NCBI GenBank assembly: GCA_977020255.1
Contig: CDROCS010002422.1
Span: forward strand, 124,001-188,000
Direction of reading: 5' to 3'
Source of the DNA: Obrimoposthia wandeli
Taxonomy: Eukaryota
Length of the DNA: 64,000 bases
The notes under the pieces were generated by a model that was not told where the DNA came from, made no database searches, and was given only the letters and a program-made list of their open reading frames with translations. Of the stretch, positions 29,452-41,102 are shown piece after piece; position 1 is the first letter of the stretch; every line of letters begins with the position of its first letter. The position numbers and the translations under genes were made by a program.

Positions 29452-29703
29452 TTAGGTCGTGTATTTGTGATAAACATCCCATTGTGCATCAGTCATATCA
29501 CTACTAACTTTGCTATCTTCAATTAGAATTAGAAATTCTATAATTTCGTGAGGGGGTGTATTCGAATGCTTAGATAGTCTATCTAAAGCTTTTTGCGCCT
29601 CAGTACTCACCGACGTGCTATCGTCATAAACTATACTTTCAAGAGAACATAAATTGCGGGTTCTATCATCAGAGCAGGATTGCGGCCCCGTTTTATTTGT
29701 CAT
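29452..29703 (-). CDS. Small hypothetical protein (83 aa)
   Basis: ATG at 29703 preceded by GGAG with 7-nt spacing. No recognisable family. Confidence 0.4.
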   Translation of the reverse strand: MTNKTGPQSCSDDRTRNLCSLESIVYDDSTSVSTEAQKALDRLSKHSNTPPHEIIEFLILIEDSKVSSDMTDAQWDVYHKYTT

Positions 29704-30025
29704 AACAAACTCCATTTGAATAAATTTCCTTTTTGATCCCAAGTAAGTAAATAGCAAAATATCTAAGACTCATCAACTTTTTGTGACAGTAATTTCAATA
29801 ATTCGTGCCCTGAATATATATTTAGGGCTTATCATCTAGAGCTTATAGTTAAGTCGTAACAACCAGTAAAAAGAGCAAGTACCGTTAAATACACCTGCAA
29901 GCATTAGCGCCGTTGGTAATGTTCACCAACAACAAACCCTCATCAAAAAAACCTTTTTAAAGTGCAGCAACATTCAAAGAGGCATAGCCAAAACTTTTAA
30001 GAGCGCCGCTGGAGATAGGATAGAT

Positions 30026-30056
30026 CAAAAAAACCAGCACTAGGCTGGTTTTTTTG
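30026..30056. terminator. Bidirectional intrinsic terminator after mmsA
   Basis: caaaaaaaccagc-actag-gctggtttttttg. Confidence 0.85.
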
Positions 30057-30070
30057 TATCTAAATATTAC

Positions 30071-31561
30071 TTATGAAGGGAACGCGAACTGTGCACCTTC
30101 ACGAACACCCGCTGAAGGCCAGCGCTGGGTAATCGTTTTACGCTTTGTGTAAAAACGTACTGAATCAGGGCCATACGCAGCTAGATCACCAAACAATGAA
30201 CGCTTCCATCCACCAAAGCTGTGGTATGAAACAGGTACTGGTAACGGTACGTTAATGCCTACCATGCCTACCTTAATGTTATCACTGAAGTAACGTGCAG
30301 CTTCGCCATCACGGGTAAAGATACAAGTACCGTTACCGTATTCGTGGCTATCAATTAGCTCCATTGCTTCTTGCATTGTGTTAACACGTACCACAACCAA
30401 TACAGGGCCAAAGATTTCTTCTTTATAGCTAACCATTTCAGGGGTGACATTATCAATCAATGTACCACCAACGAAGTAGCCATTAGCATAACCTTCAACT
30501 TGTGGGTTACGACCGTCAACAATAATTTTAGCACCATCGTTTTCAGCGCCAGTGATGTAGCCATTCACTTTTTCTTTGTGTGCTTTAGTGATAACAGGAC
30601 CGAAATCGTTTGAACTATCGCTGAAAGCACCCACTTTTAGATCAGCCATGCCAGCCGTTATCTTCTCTATTAATAAATCAGCCGCTTGATCGCCTACTGC
30701 AACAACACAAGAAAGTGCCATGCAACGCTCGCCTGATGAACCAAAAGCTGCACCTATTAATGCTTGTGCTGCGTTATCCATATCAGCATCTGGCATGATG
30801 ATCGCGTGGTTCTTAGCGCCGCCTAGTGCTTGGCAACGCTTGCCGTGTGCACTCGCGGTTGTGTAAATGTATTCCGCAATTGGAGTTGAACCTACAAAAC
30901 TTACCGCCATTACATCTGGGTTTGTTAGTAGTGTATCTACTGCTACTTTATCGCCGTTAACTACGTTCATTACGCCCGCGGGTAAACCTGCGTCTAATAA
31001 AAGCTGTGCGATAAACATAGTAGATGAAGGATCACGCTCAGATGGCTTCAAGATGAAAGTGTTACCACAAACGATTGCCATTGGGTACATCCATAAAGGA
31101 ACCATCGCAGGGAAGTTAAAAGGTGTTATACCTGCAACTACGCCTAATGGCTGGAACTCACTCCATGAATCGATATTTGGACCCGTATTTTTACTGTGCT
31201 CGCCTTTTAGTAATTCTGGTGCGTAGCAAGCGTATTCAACGTTTTCTATACCACGTTGTAGCTCACCCATTGCATCGTGAGAAATTTTACCGTGTTCTTC
31301 ACCAATTAATTCGCAGATCTTGTCAGCATTTTCTTCTAGTAACTGCTTAAACTTAAACATTACTCGAGCACGCTTAGCAACAGGTGTATTGCGCCATGCA
31401 GGGAAAGCTGCTTGTGCTGCTGCAATCGCTTGCTCAACTGTTTCTTGACTAGCTAATGCAACTTGTTTGCTTACCTCACCAGTTGATGGGTTAAATACAT
31501 CTTGAGAACGGCCGCTGTCACTGACATCCAAACCGTTAATCATGTGTCCTAAAGTGTTCAT
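30071..31561 (-). CDS. mmsA: CoA-acylating (methyl)malonate-semialdehyde dehydrogenase (BauC/IolA-like)
   Basis: Motifs GITPFNFPAMVP, LKPSERDP, ALGGAKNH, FGSSGERCMA and EEIFGPV. Start ATG 31561 has a GAGG RBS. Confidence 0.95.
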   Translation of the reverse strand: MNTLGHMINGLDVSDSGRSQDVFNPSTGEVSKQVALASQETVEQAIAAAQAAFPAWRNTPVAKRARVMFKFKQLLEENADKICELIGEEHGKISHDAMGELQRGIENVEYACYAPELLKGEHSKNTGPNIDSWSEFQPLGVVAGITPFNFPAMVPLWMYPMAIVCGNTFILKPSERDPSSTMFIAQLLLDAGLPAGVMNVVNGDKVAVDTLLTNPDVMAVSFVGSTPIAEYIYTTASAHGKRCQALGGAKNHAIIMPDADMDNAAQALIGAAFGSSGERCMALSCVVAVGDQAADLLIEKITAGMADLKVGAFSDSSNDFGPVITKAHKEKVNGYITGAENDGAKIIVDGRNPQVEGYANGYFVGGTLIDNVTPEMVSYKEEIFGPVLVVVRVNTMQEAMELIDSHEYGNGTCIFTRDGEAARYFSDNIKVGMVGINVPLPVPVSYHSFGGWKRSLFGDLAAYGPDSVRFYTKRKTITQRWPSAGVREGAQFAFPS

Positions 31562-31857
31562 GTTAAACCTCATGTTTCTTTAAAGCTTATAATAGCTTCA
31601 TTAATTGGGTAAGCTTTGTAGCGTTCCTGTACAAGATAGCTATACAAGACCTACAAACAAGCTTATTAACTATACTACCGATGAGCACACCTTCAATCTC
31701 TGCGGTGAAAAGCGCTATCAATATCGGTAATTCATGTTCTTAAATGACTAGTTTTATAATAGTAAATACCAGCCAAGTATAAATTAACAGCTCAAAACAA
31801 CCAATAAATTCTAAATTTAAAAAATAGAACATTTGATTTATTTTGAGTTTGTTTAGT

Positions 31858-33201
31858 CTACTTTAACTCTCTTATAGACTCGCCTATAGCATTAATAACG
31901 TTATCTATCTCTTCACGCTCAACAATAAACGGCAAGCCTAATTGGATAGTATCACCGCCATAGCGCACGTAATAACCTTTTTCCCAACACTTCATCGCTA
32001 TTTCATAAGGTCTTCTTGCAGGCTCTCCTGGATACGATTCTATCTGTAACGCTCCAGCTAAGCCATAATTACGAATATCCGTAATATACTCTGTGCCTTT
32101 TAAGCTATGAAGCGCATTTTCAAAGATTGGGCTCATTTGCTTTACACGTGGCACAAGTTGCTCATTCTTCAGTATATCTAAAGAAGCTAACGCTGCTGCA
32201 CAGGCAACAGGGTGACCTGAATAAGTGTAGCCATGTGGTAATTCAATAGCGCCTTCAGGACCTGAGTTATCCATAAAGGTTTGGTAAATTTCAGAACTTG
32301 CTATCACCGCACCCATAGGTACAGCACCGTTAGTTAACTGCTTAGCAACATTCAATAAATCAGGGGTTACACCGAATTCTTCTGCGCCAGTGTTGGAACC
32401 CATACGGCCAAAACCGGTAATGACTTCATCAAAAATCAATAAAATGCTGTGTTGATCACAGATTTCACGTAAACGCTTTAGGTAGCCAACAGGTGGCGGT
32501 ATAACCCCTGCAGAACCCGCTAACGGCTCAATAATGACCGCTGCAATGTTTGACGCATCGTGCAGTGCGATAAGTTCAAGTAGCTCATCCGCTTTATCCG
32601 CGCCTGTTTCAGGCATACCGCGTGTAAAAGCATTTTCTTTAAGAAGAGTGTGCGGCAAGTGATCACAATCGACCCCCTGTCCGTACAAAGTACGGTTAGC
32701 ACCGATGCCACCTAAGCTAAACCCACCAAAGTTAACTCCGTGGTAACCTTTAGAGCGCCCTATTAGCTTGGTTTTAGTGGCCATACCTTTCTTGCGCCAA
32801 TACGCTCTGGCAATTTTTAGCGAAGTATCAGCCGCTTCCGAGCCTGAATCGGTGTAGAACACATAATCCAGTCCTTTTGGCATTAATTCCTTAATACGAT
32901 TAGCTAATTCAAATGCCTGTGGGTGCGCATATTGAAAAGCCGGTGCGTAATCTAACTGGCGTAATTGTTTAGAGACAGCATCCGCTATTTCAACTCTGCT
33001 GTGCCCTGCTCCACAAGTCCAAAGCCCTGACAAACCGTCAAAAACTTTACGGCCAGTTGAATCTGTCAAGTAACTGCCTTGACCTTCAACAATGATGCGC
33101 GGATCCGCTTTAAATTGACGGTTAGCCGTATATGGCATCCAGTAAGCTTCCATCTCTTGACGAGACATTCCAGCAGATTTTTGTAAATCGAATTCAGACA
33201 T
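31858..33201 (-). CDS. bauA: Beta-alanine:pyruvate (omega-amino acid) aminotransferase, class III PLP
   Basis: Motifs YWMPYTANRQFK, DGLSGLWTCGAGH, FDEVITGFGR, AKQLTNG and HGYTYSGHP. Start ATG 33201 has a GAGGA RBS. Confidence 0.9.
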   Translation of the reverse strand: MSEFDLQKSAGMSRQEMEAYWMPYTANRQFKADPRIIVEGQGSYLTDSTGRKVFDGLSGLWTCGAGHSRVEIADAVSKQLRQLDYAPAFQYAHPQAFELANRIKELMPKGLDYVFYTDSGSEAADTSLKIARAYWRKKGMATKTKLIGRSKGYHGVNFGGFSLGGIGANRTLYGQGVDCDHLPHTLLKENAFTRGMPETGADKADELLELIALHDASNIAAVIIEPLAGSAGVIPPPVGYLKRLREICDQHSILLIFDEVITGFGRMGSNTGAEEFGVTPDLLNVAKQLTNGAVPMGAVIASSEIYQTFMDNSGPEGAIELPHGYTYSGHPVACAAALASLDILKNEQLVPRVKQMSPIFENALHSLKGTEYITDIRNYGLAGALQIESYPGEPARRPYEIAMKCWEKGYYVRYGGDTIQLGLPFIVEREEIDNVINAIGESIRELK

Positions 33202-33441
33202 GGTGTTCCTCACATCGCTAATTATTGATCGTTGTTTGCAGTTTGCACTTAATTTTACTAACAAAAAATATAAAATTACTTATATTCAGATAACCATTTA
33301 CTAACCTAAAGAGTCACTTTATTATATTTACTACTTTGTGTGAAACAAGGGTTTTAGTAAAACCACTCGATGCATGAAAGTAAGTTATAAATATTCTGGA
33401 CGAGCATTACTTGTAACCTCTGAAAAATTAAGGAATCTGTC

Positions 33442-34383
33442 ATGGCTAAGGTAACCACAGCACGCCAAAAAGGCTTATCAGGGCGCTTAGCTGATACCGA
33501 TATCCGTTTGCTTAAAATTTTTAAAGCCGTCGTTGAGTGCGGTGGTTTCACTACAGCCGAGGTTGAATTAAATATCTCACGCGCTGCCATTAGCATCGCA
33601 ATGAGCGATTTAGAACACCGCTTATCGCTAAAGCTTTGCCAGCGCGGCCGAAGTGGTTTCTCTATGACCGATCAAGGCACTGAAGTGTATCAAGCGACTT
33701 TGCAACTGTTTTCAGCGCTTGAAAATTTTCGCACCCAAGTTAACAGCATTCACCAACAGCTCAAAGGGGAGCTCAACATTGGTATCACTGATACGCTCGT
33801 CACTATGCCTAAAATGAGAATTACTAAGGCCTTGAGTAATTTAAAGCAGCGCGGTCCTGAAGTTAAAATCAACATTCGTATGGTCCCACCTGGTGAAATT
33901 GAGATGGCGGTGCTCGATGGAAAATTACATACAGGCGTTATACCTGTCTCCAAGAAACTGCCCGGTTTAGAATATCTCTCTTTGTACAACGAAGAATCCC
34001 AGCTTTACTGCTCAGACACCCACCCCTTGTTCACTTTATTTGATAGCGAACTGAGTGTGAGCTTAATCGAAGAACACGAAGCTGTACTGCCTGCATATGC
34101 ACAATCCGCCAGTATTAAAGCGCTTTTCCAGCGTCTTCAAGGTACCGCGACAGCCACTGATAGGGAAGGCATCGCTTTTTTGATTCTTACAGGTCACTAC
34201 ATTGGTTACCTGCCAACCCATTTTGCGCAGCGGTGGGCTCTACAAGGTAAACTGCGTGCTTTACTGCCCAAGCAACTCAATTTTAAAACACCTATTGCTG
34301 CTATCAGCCGCAAGGGGGCTGCATCTAACTTAGTCCTTAACTGCTACTTGCAACAGCTAGAGAGCACTGATATATCTACATAA
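33442..34383 (+). CDS. LysR regulator divergent from bauA (BauR-like)
   Basis: HTH DIRLLKIFKAVVECGGFTTAEVELNISRAAIS. Same divergent arrangement as Pseudomonas bauR/bauA. Confidence 0.88.
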   Translation: MAKVTTARQKGLSGRLADTDIRLLKIFKAVVECGGFTTAEVELNISRAAISIAMSDLEHRLSLKLCQRGRSGFSMTDQGTEVYQATLQLFSALENFRTQVNSIHQQLKGELNIGITDTLVTMPKMRITKALSNLKQRGPEVKINIRMVPPGEIEMAVLDGKLHTGVIPVSKKLPGLEYLSLYNEESQLYCSDTHPLFTLFDSELSVSLIEEHEAVLPAYAQSASIKALFQRLQGTATATDREGIAFLILTGHYIGYLPTHFAQRWALQGKLRALLPKQLNFKTPIAAISRKGAASNLVLNCYLQQLESTDIST

Positions 34384-34504
34384 TTTTTTTGGTAAAAAAA
34401 CCTATATTTTCATAAAGAAACTCTTTCTCTGTCATTGTGCTAAATATAGGCTGATCAAATTTTTTACATATTTTGCTTGCGATCTGTTTTTTTCCATCAT
34501 AATA

Positions 34505-34520
34505 TTTACCGAATGGTAAA
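34505..34520. promoter_or_regulatory. RutR/PydR-type operator upstream of the nitrilase-NCS1-hydA operon
   Basis: TTTACCGAATGGTAAA, a perfect TTTACC-N4-GGTAAA palindrome, immediately after a putative TTGCGA-N17-TAATAT promoter. Confidence 0.62.
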
Positions 34521-34921
34521 AAATAATTCTAACAACTTACTCACTACAATTTACGCTCATATAAGATTGATCAGAGCCGTTTCTTGTAGATAGGGGAATG
34601 CTTAATGCACGCATACCAAAGCAGTTTTATATATCTTTTCGTTACACAAAAGTTACTGATGAGTTTTCAAAGAGCTCTTCTACGCATTCAATTTCTTTCG
34701 TTACAATTATTTTTTCACTACACCTTGTTTAATAAAAAAATAAAATTCTATCACTTAAATCTTCCTGTAAAAGCGATGTCAGCCACATCACGTTCGACAC
34801 TTGTGTACTAAAATTCGGTTTAGACTGAGGGATTTCAGCGCTCAAGCGCAGCTTTCACTCATCTATACAACCGCACTTTTTATAGCGCTGTCGACACCAG
34901 GATTTAATCAGAGGCAAAGTA

Positions 34922-35794
34922 ATGAATAAACTCAAATGCGGCTTGATACAAATGTCACTCAAGGGCAGTACCAGCGAATCAACTGATTCTATTAGAGATA
35001 AAATGATTGACGCACATATTCCTCTTATTCAGGAAGCTGCAGATCAAGGGGTCCAAGTACTTTGCTTCCAAGAAGTTTTCACCACGCCGTATTTTTGCCC
35101 AAGCCAAGATAAGAAATGGTATGCAAGTGCTGAGAAAATTCCTGGCGGCCACACAGTCACTTTAATGCAAGAGCAAGCAAAGAAGCACAATATGGTCATT
35201 GTGGTACCTATCTATGAAGAGGATTTACCTGGCGTCTTTTACAATACCGCTGCGGTAATTGATGCCGATGGAAGCTACTTAGGTAAATATCGCAAATCAC
35301 ATATTCCCGATACAGCACCTGGCTTTTGGGAGAAGCTTTACTTCAAACCCGGTAATACAGGCTATCCCGTCTTTGATACCAAGTACTGTAAGTTAGGGGT
35401 TTATATTTGCTATGACCGCCATTTCCCTGAAGGCTGGCGCGCACTGGCACTCAATGGCGCTGAATATATTGTTAACCCCTCTGCTACTGTAATGGGTAAA
35501 AGTAAGTATTTATGGGAGCTCGAACAACCAGCCTCTGCCGCGGCTAACGGCGTATTTATCGGCGCGATAAACCGTGTAGGTAGAGAACAACCTTGGGATA
35601 CTCAAATGGGTGAATTCTATGGCTCTAGCTATATCGTGAACCCCTTGGGCCAAATTGAGGCACAAGCTAGTGCCGATCAAGATGAGTTGTTAGTGCACCA
35701 AATCGATTTAGATATGATCAAAGAAGTACGTACAGGCTGGCAGTTCTTTCGTGATCGCCGCCCAGAAACTTATGACGATTTAACCCGTCCTTAA
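34922..35794 (+). CDS. Nitrilase-fold beta-ureidopropionase (N-carbamoyl-beta-alanine amidohydrolase)-like hydrolase
   Basis: Triad in CFQEVF, YRKSHIP and ICYDRHFPEGWR; also FFRDRRPE. First gene of an operon with NCS1 and hydA. Confidence 0.85.
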   Translation: MNKLKCGLIQMSLKGSTSESTDSIRDKMIDAHIPLIQEAADQGVQVLCFQEVFTTPYFCPSQDKKWYASAEKIPGGHTVTLMQEQAKKHNMVIVVPIYEEDLPGVFYNTAAVIDADGSYLGKYRKSHIPDTAPGFWEKLYFKPGNTGYPVFDTKYCKLGVYICYDRHFPEGWRALALNGAEYIVNPSATVMGKSKYLWELEQPASAAANGVFIGAINRVGREQPWDTQMGEFYGSSYIVNPLGQIEAQASADQDELLVHQIDLDMIKEVRTGWQFFRDRRPETYDDLTRP

Positions 35795-35893
35795 CCATTT
35801 TTAAGAGATACGCTCATGATTTGGCGTATTTCTTTTTTAATTCTAATGTTCAGCAAAATATAAAAAAACCATAATAATTAAAAGGTATTAATA

Positions 35894-37366
35894 ATGAGTA
35901 ATAATCAATCAACAAGCTCCAACGCGGTGCAAGTAGATGAATTCTACGAGCTAAATGTTGGCTCTGATGTGAGCAACAGCGACTACTACAACGAAGATAT
36001 TGCACCTACTAAAGTATCCCAGCGCACTTGGGGAACCTGGAACGTGGCAGCGCTTTGGGTGGGTATGGCGATTTGTGTTCCAACATATACACTAGGTGGT
36101 GTGTTAACCGCTTACTTTGGTCTCTCTGTTGGTGAAGCATTAATCACTATCCTAGTGGCTAACATCATCGTACTAATCCCCCTAACTTTGAACGCTTTTC
36201 CTGGTACTAAATACGGCATACCCTTCCCGGTATTACTGCGCTCTTCCTTCGGTATTTTCGGCTCCAACATCCCCTGCTTAATTAGAGCAATGGTCGCTTG
36301 TGGCTGGTTTGGTATTCAAACTTTATTTGGCGGTATTGCCATTCACATTTTATTTTCAGCCATTATTCCAGGTTGGGAAAGCTTAGGCGGCACCGGTGAA
36401 GTTATTGGCTTCTTTATGTTTTTGGTAATGAACCTGTATATCGTTATTAAAGGTTCTGAGTCAATTAAGATTTTAGAAACAATTGCTGCGCCACTGCTAT
36501 TAGCCGTAAGTATGGGTTTAATGTTATGGGCATGGCCACAGTTTTCGCTTACTGAAATTATGGCAGTACCTGCAAATCGTCCTGCTGACGCTTCTTTTTG
36601 GGGTTACTTCTTTGGTGGTTTGACCGCTATGGTTGGTTTTTGGGCAACGCTATCTTTAAACATCCCTGATTTTAGCCGTTATGTTAAGTCGCAAAAATCA
36701 CAAATTGTTGGCCAAATCATTGGTTTACCAGCAACGATGTTTTTCTTTGCAGCGCTAGGTGTAATTCTAACAGCCGCTTCAACAACCTTAGTTGGCGAAA
36801 CGATTTCTGATCCAATTAACTTAATAGGTAAAATTGATAGCCCTATGTGGGTTGTCATCGCGATGATCATGATTATTGTCGCGACATTATCAACCAATAC
36901 TGCAGCCAATATTGTATCGCCAACCAACGATTTTCAGAATATGGCTCCATCGAAAATAAACCAAACACGCGGTGTTATTCTCACCGGTATTGTTGGGGTG
37001 TTATTGATGTCTTGGGAGTTATTCAAGAAATTGGGTGTGATCGAATCAGATGTCAGTGTTGAGGCAATGTACACAGGCTGGTTACTTGGCTATTCAAGCC
37101 TATTAGGCCCTATTGCCGGCATTATGATCGTCGATTACTTTATCGTTAAAGATCAGCAATTAAATTTAGCAGCGCTTTACTTAGCTGATAGTGAATATGC
37201 TGGTATCAACATGAGCGGTATGATCGCCTTTGCGGTACCTGTTGCGTTGACAGTGTTCTCAATTGTTACTGGTTCTTTAAGCTGGTTCTATCAATACGGT
37301 TGGTTTACAGGTTCTATCTTAGGTGCGATTATTTATTTCGCTATTGCTAAACGCCCTACAAATTAG
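35894..37366 (+). CDS. NCS1 family nucleobase/hydantoin:cation symporter
   Basis: Motifs NVAALWVGMAICVPTY, GIPFPVLLRSSFG and LNIPDFSRY; about 12 TM segments. Confidence 0.93.
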   Translation: MSNNQSTSSNAVQVDEFYELNVGSDVSNSDYYNEDIAPTKVSQRTWGTWNVAALWVGMAICVPTYTLGGVLTAYFGLSVGEALITILVANIIVLIPLTLNAFPGTKYGIPFPVLLRSSFGIFGSNIPCLIRAMVACGWFGIQTLFGGIAIHILFSAIIPGWESLGGTGEVIGFFMFLVMNLYIVIKGSESIKILETIAAPLLLAVSMGLMLWAWPQFSLTEIMAVPANRPADASFWGYFFGGLTAMVGFWATLSLNIPDFSRYVKSQKSQIVGQIIGLPATMFFFAALGVILTAASTTLVGETISDPINLIGKIDSPMWVVIAMIMIIVATLSTNTAANIVSPTNDFQNMAPSKINQTRGVILTGIVGVLLMSWELFKKLGVIESDVSVEAMYTGWLLGYSSLLGPIAGIMIVDYFIVKDQQLNLAALYLADSEYAGINMSGMIAFAVPVALTVFSIVTGSLSWFYQYGWFTGSILGAIIYFAIAKRPTN

Positions 37367-37430
37367 GTAGTGCTATTACGCTGAAAGGGCTCGCTCTTTC
37401 AGCAACTTTCTTGAAATTTAGTGAATCTAA

Positions 37431-38885
<1,455 letters not shown>

Positions 38886-38912
38886 GCTGCTACCTTAAAT
38901 ACTTATCTCCAT

Positions 38913-38947
38913 ACTCGCTGGTTTTTGACTAAACCAGTGAGTTTTTT
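38913..38947 (+). terminator. Intrinsic terminator after hydA
   Basis: actcgctggttt-ttgact-aaaccagtgagt followed by a T-run. Confidence 0.75.
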
Positions 38948-38983
38948 GCTTTAGCTTAAATATATCAACAAAGAGAATTAACT

Positions 38984-39427
38984 ATGATCTGGTTTAGTAT
39001 GCTGCTCGTCTTTATTGCGGGTGCTATGCTGCCGATGCAAGCAGGTGTCAATTCACAATTAGCGCGCCATGGCAGTGGTGCACTATGGGCGGCTGGCGTA
39101 TCTTTTCTTATCGGCACACTCACACTGCTAACCATTTTTGTATTAGTCAGACAGCCTTGGCCGGTGCTCGCTCAGCTAAAAGTGGCGCCTATGTGGTCTT
39201 GGACAGGTGGCTTTATGGGCGCTTTTTTTGTGTCTTGTATGGCTTTTTTCGCCCCAAAATTAGGCGCAGCAACACTTTTAGCATTAATTATTGCAGGACA
39301 GATGAGCGCTTCTATACTTTTAGATCACCAAGGCTGGCTCGGTTTTAATGTACAACACATTAGCTTAGGCCGCATTGCTGGTTTAGCTTGCATTGCATTA
39401 GGGATTGTATTGGTTAAGAAGTTTTGA
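38984..39427 (+). CDS. DMT family transporter (YdcZ/DUF606-like)
   Basis: Motifs LPMQAGVNSQL, WSWTGGFMGA and GQMSASILLDH. Confidence 0.88.
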   Translation: MIWFSMLLVFIAGAMLPMQAGVNSQLARHGSGALWAAGVSFLIGTLTLLTIFVLVRQPWPVLAQLKVAPMWSWTGGFMGAFFVSCMAFFAPKLGAATLLALIIAGQMSASILLDHQGWLGFNVQHISLGRIAGLACIALGIVLVKKF

Positions 39428-39627
39428 GTGTACCATCACTTCTTTTCACGTCATCTAGAATCAACGCAATTATTTTCATATGAAGCCTTTTTAAGCTGTT
39501 TTGGTAGGGTATTTGAGCGGCAAAGTCAGTAAGGTCTTTTCGCCTAGCCCAATATCACAATAACAGCTAAGTGCCACAAAATGACGAGCACAGTGGCGAG
39601 AGTCTCAAATATTTAATAACCATGCCA

Positions 39628-40827
39628 CTATGATTTAAACAGTAAATTCTGATCGAGTAAGTAATGCTTGAATAAAGGTAGGCAGGCGCTACCGATGACA
39701 CGAGGGTCTTTGTCTAGCCGCGCCTCTTCAATTTTTGGAACCACGATCCCTTGCAAATCCAATTCTAGTAGTTGTTGTTCAACCGCGGTGACTATGTTTT
39801 TGCGCACACCGACTGGGAAAGCCCCGTCTATTACAAAATGACTGAAATCAATGACACTACAAGTAGAGACAATGGCCATTGCAATGTATTTGGCAATGTA
39901 ATCAACCCAACATTGTACATCTTCTGCATTTTTGCTCCAATCATCAAGCCCATCCCACAAAAAGCGAGTATCCTTTCCCCCTTGCTGTAGCTGTTGCTCT
40001 AAAAGCGCAACCGAGGCATGCTCAATCAACTGTGATGGTTTTCCATCAGGGGCGGTGACTAGCATAGGGCCAAATGCACCGGAATTCCCATGGGATCCTG
40101 GATAGATAGAGTGATTTAACACAATGCCACCACCAATAAAAAAGCCGATAAAAAGGTAGGCAAAGTTACAGAGTTGAGCACCGCAGCCGAACACTAGCTC
40201 AGCAGCACAGGCTGAAGTCGCATCATTTTGAATACTAATAGGATAGTCACAAATTTTACTCATTTGCGCAGTAATATCTAGTTCGTGCCAAGAATCAATT
40301 TCTATTTGCGGGGCACCCATACTTTCTGCCCAGTTCCATAGTTCGTAGGGCATCGCCACACCTAAACCGATGATTCTTTGTTGCTGGCTAGTATTTAAAT
40401 CGGCAATTAATATTGCTAGATTATCTGCGACAAACGCTAATATATTTTCAGTAATAGGATAGGGGTAAATGATATGAATAACTTTACGCTGTACCCCGAC
40501 AAAATCCATCAATACCAGTTCGGCTCTGCGGCGACCTATTTTTAAGCCTAAGGTAAATACACCGTTTGGATTCAAGCGCATCGGAATAGAAGGCTGGCCT
40601 ACTTTCCCTTTTTTTGATGAGCCCCTTAAAATGAGCTCGTCTTTTTCTAAACCGCGCATAATAACCGACACAGATTGCGCTGATAACCCGGTTAGCTTAG
40701 CCAGTTCTGCTTTGGCAACCTCCCCTTTGCGTCTAATTAACGAAAGAATCGCTCTTTCATTATACTCCCGCAAATTAGATTGATTAGCGCCACCCGCCAA
40801 ATTTTTATTGTTATTCTTGAGTATCAC
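39628..40827 (-). CDS. frcR: ROK family transcriptional regulator (FrcR-like)
   Basis: wHTH AELAKLTGLSAQSVSVI, QNDATSACAAE and GFFIGGGIV. Divergent from the frc ABC genes. Confidence 0.8.
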   Translation of the reverse strand: MILKNNNKNLAGGANQSNLREYNERAILSLIRRKGEVAKAELAKLTGLSAQSVSVIMRGLEKDELILRGSSKKGKVGQPSIPMRLNPNGVFTLGLKIGRRRAELVLMDFVGVQRKVIHIIYPYPITENILAFVADNLAILIADLNTSQQQRIIGLGVAMPYELWNWAESMGAPQIEIDSWHELDITAQMSKICDYPISIQNDATSACAAELVFGCGAQLCNFAYLFIGFFIGGGIVLNHSIYPGSHGNSGAFGPMLVTAPDGKPSQLIEHASVALLEQQLQQGGKDTRFLWDGLDDWSKNAEDVQCWVDYIAKYIAMAIVSTCSVIDFSHFVIDGAFPVGVRKNIVTAVEQQLLELDLQGIVVPKIEEARLDKDPRVIGSACLPLFKHYLLDQNLLFKS

Positions 40828-40888
40828 TTAAAGGCCTTTTACAAAAAGGATCATAATATCATTCACCTTTCACAGACAAAGTTATAAT

Positions 40889-41027
40889 GAGACCTTTGCA
40901 CAATTACTGCACTCAGTGATACGGCGTTAAAAACAAGCTCAAAATCCTCATTTATAGGCATAAACTCCGGTTTTTCGCTTGTTTTTGCCTTGTCTCACTG
41001 TCGCTCGCTACTTTGTGCAAAGGTCTC
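40889..41027 (+). mobile_element. MITE family B, copy B2 (139 bp)
   Basis: Identical to B1, with a 15-bp TIR and a 5-bp TSD ataat. Confidence 0.93.
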
Positions 41028-41069
41028 ATAATAAGTTTTATTGATATTTATTATAATAAAATAGCATAT

Positions 41070-41102
41070 TCAATTAATAAATCAACATGATTTATTAATT
41101 GA
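41070..41102. promoter_or_regulatory. Putative FrcR operator overlapping the -35 of the frcB promoter
   Basis: 15-bp perfect arms tcaattaataaatca-aca-tgatttattaattga, overlapping TTGACA-N17-TAATTT. Confidence 0.7.

Noticed and set aside
29830-30020. Possible pseudogene fragment downstream of the mmsA terminator
   Set aside because: Short protein-like stretches are interrupted by stops in all frames and no family is recognisable. A BLASTx search would be needed.
34521-34921. Decayed preT/preA remnant in the long leader
   Set aside because: Translation by eye shows no CxxCxxxPC or other Fe-S/flavin motif traces, and 400 nt is too short to support the call.
38984-39427. DMT transporter as part of the hydA operon
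   Set aside because: A good intrinsic terminator (38913-38947) separates it from hydA, so co-function is possible but unsupported.
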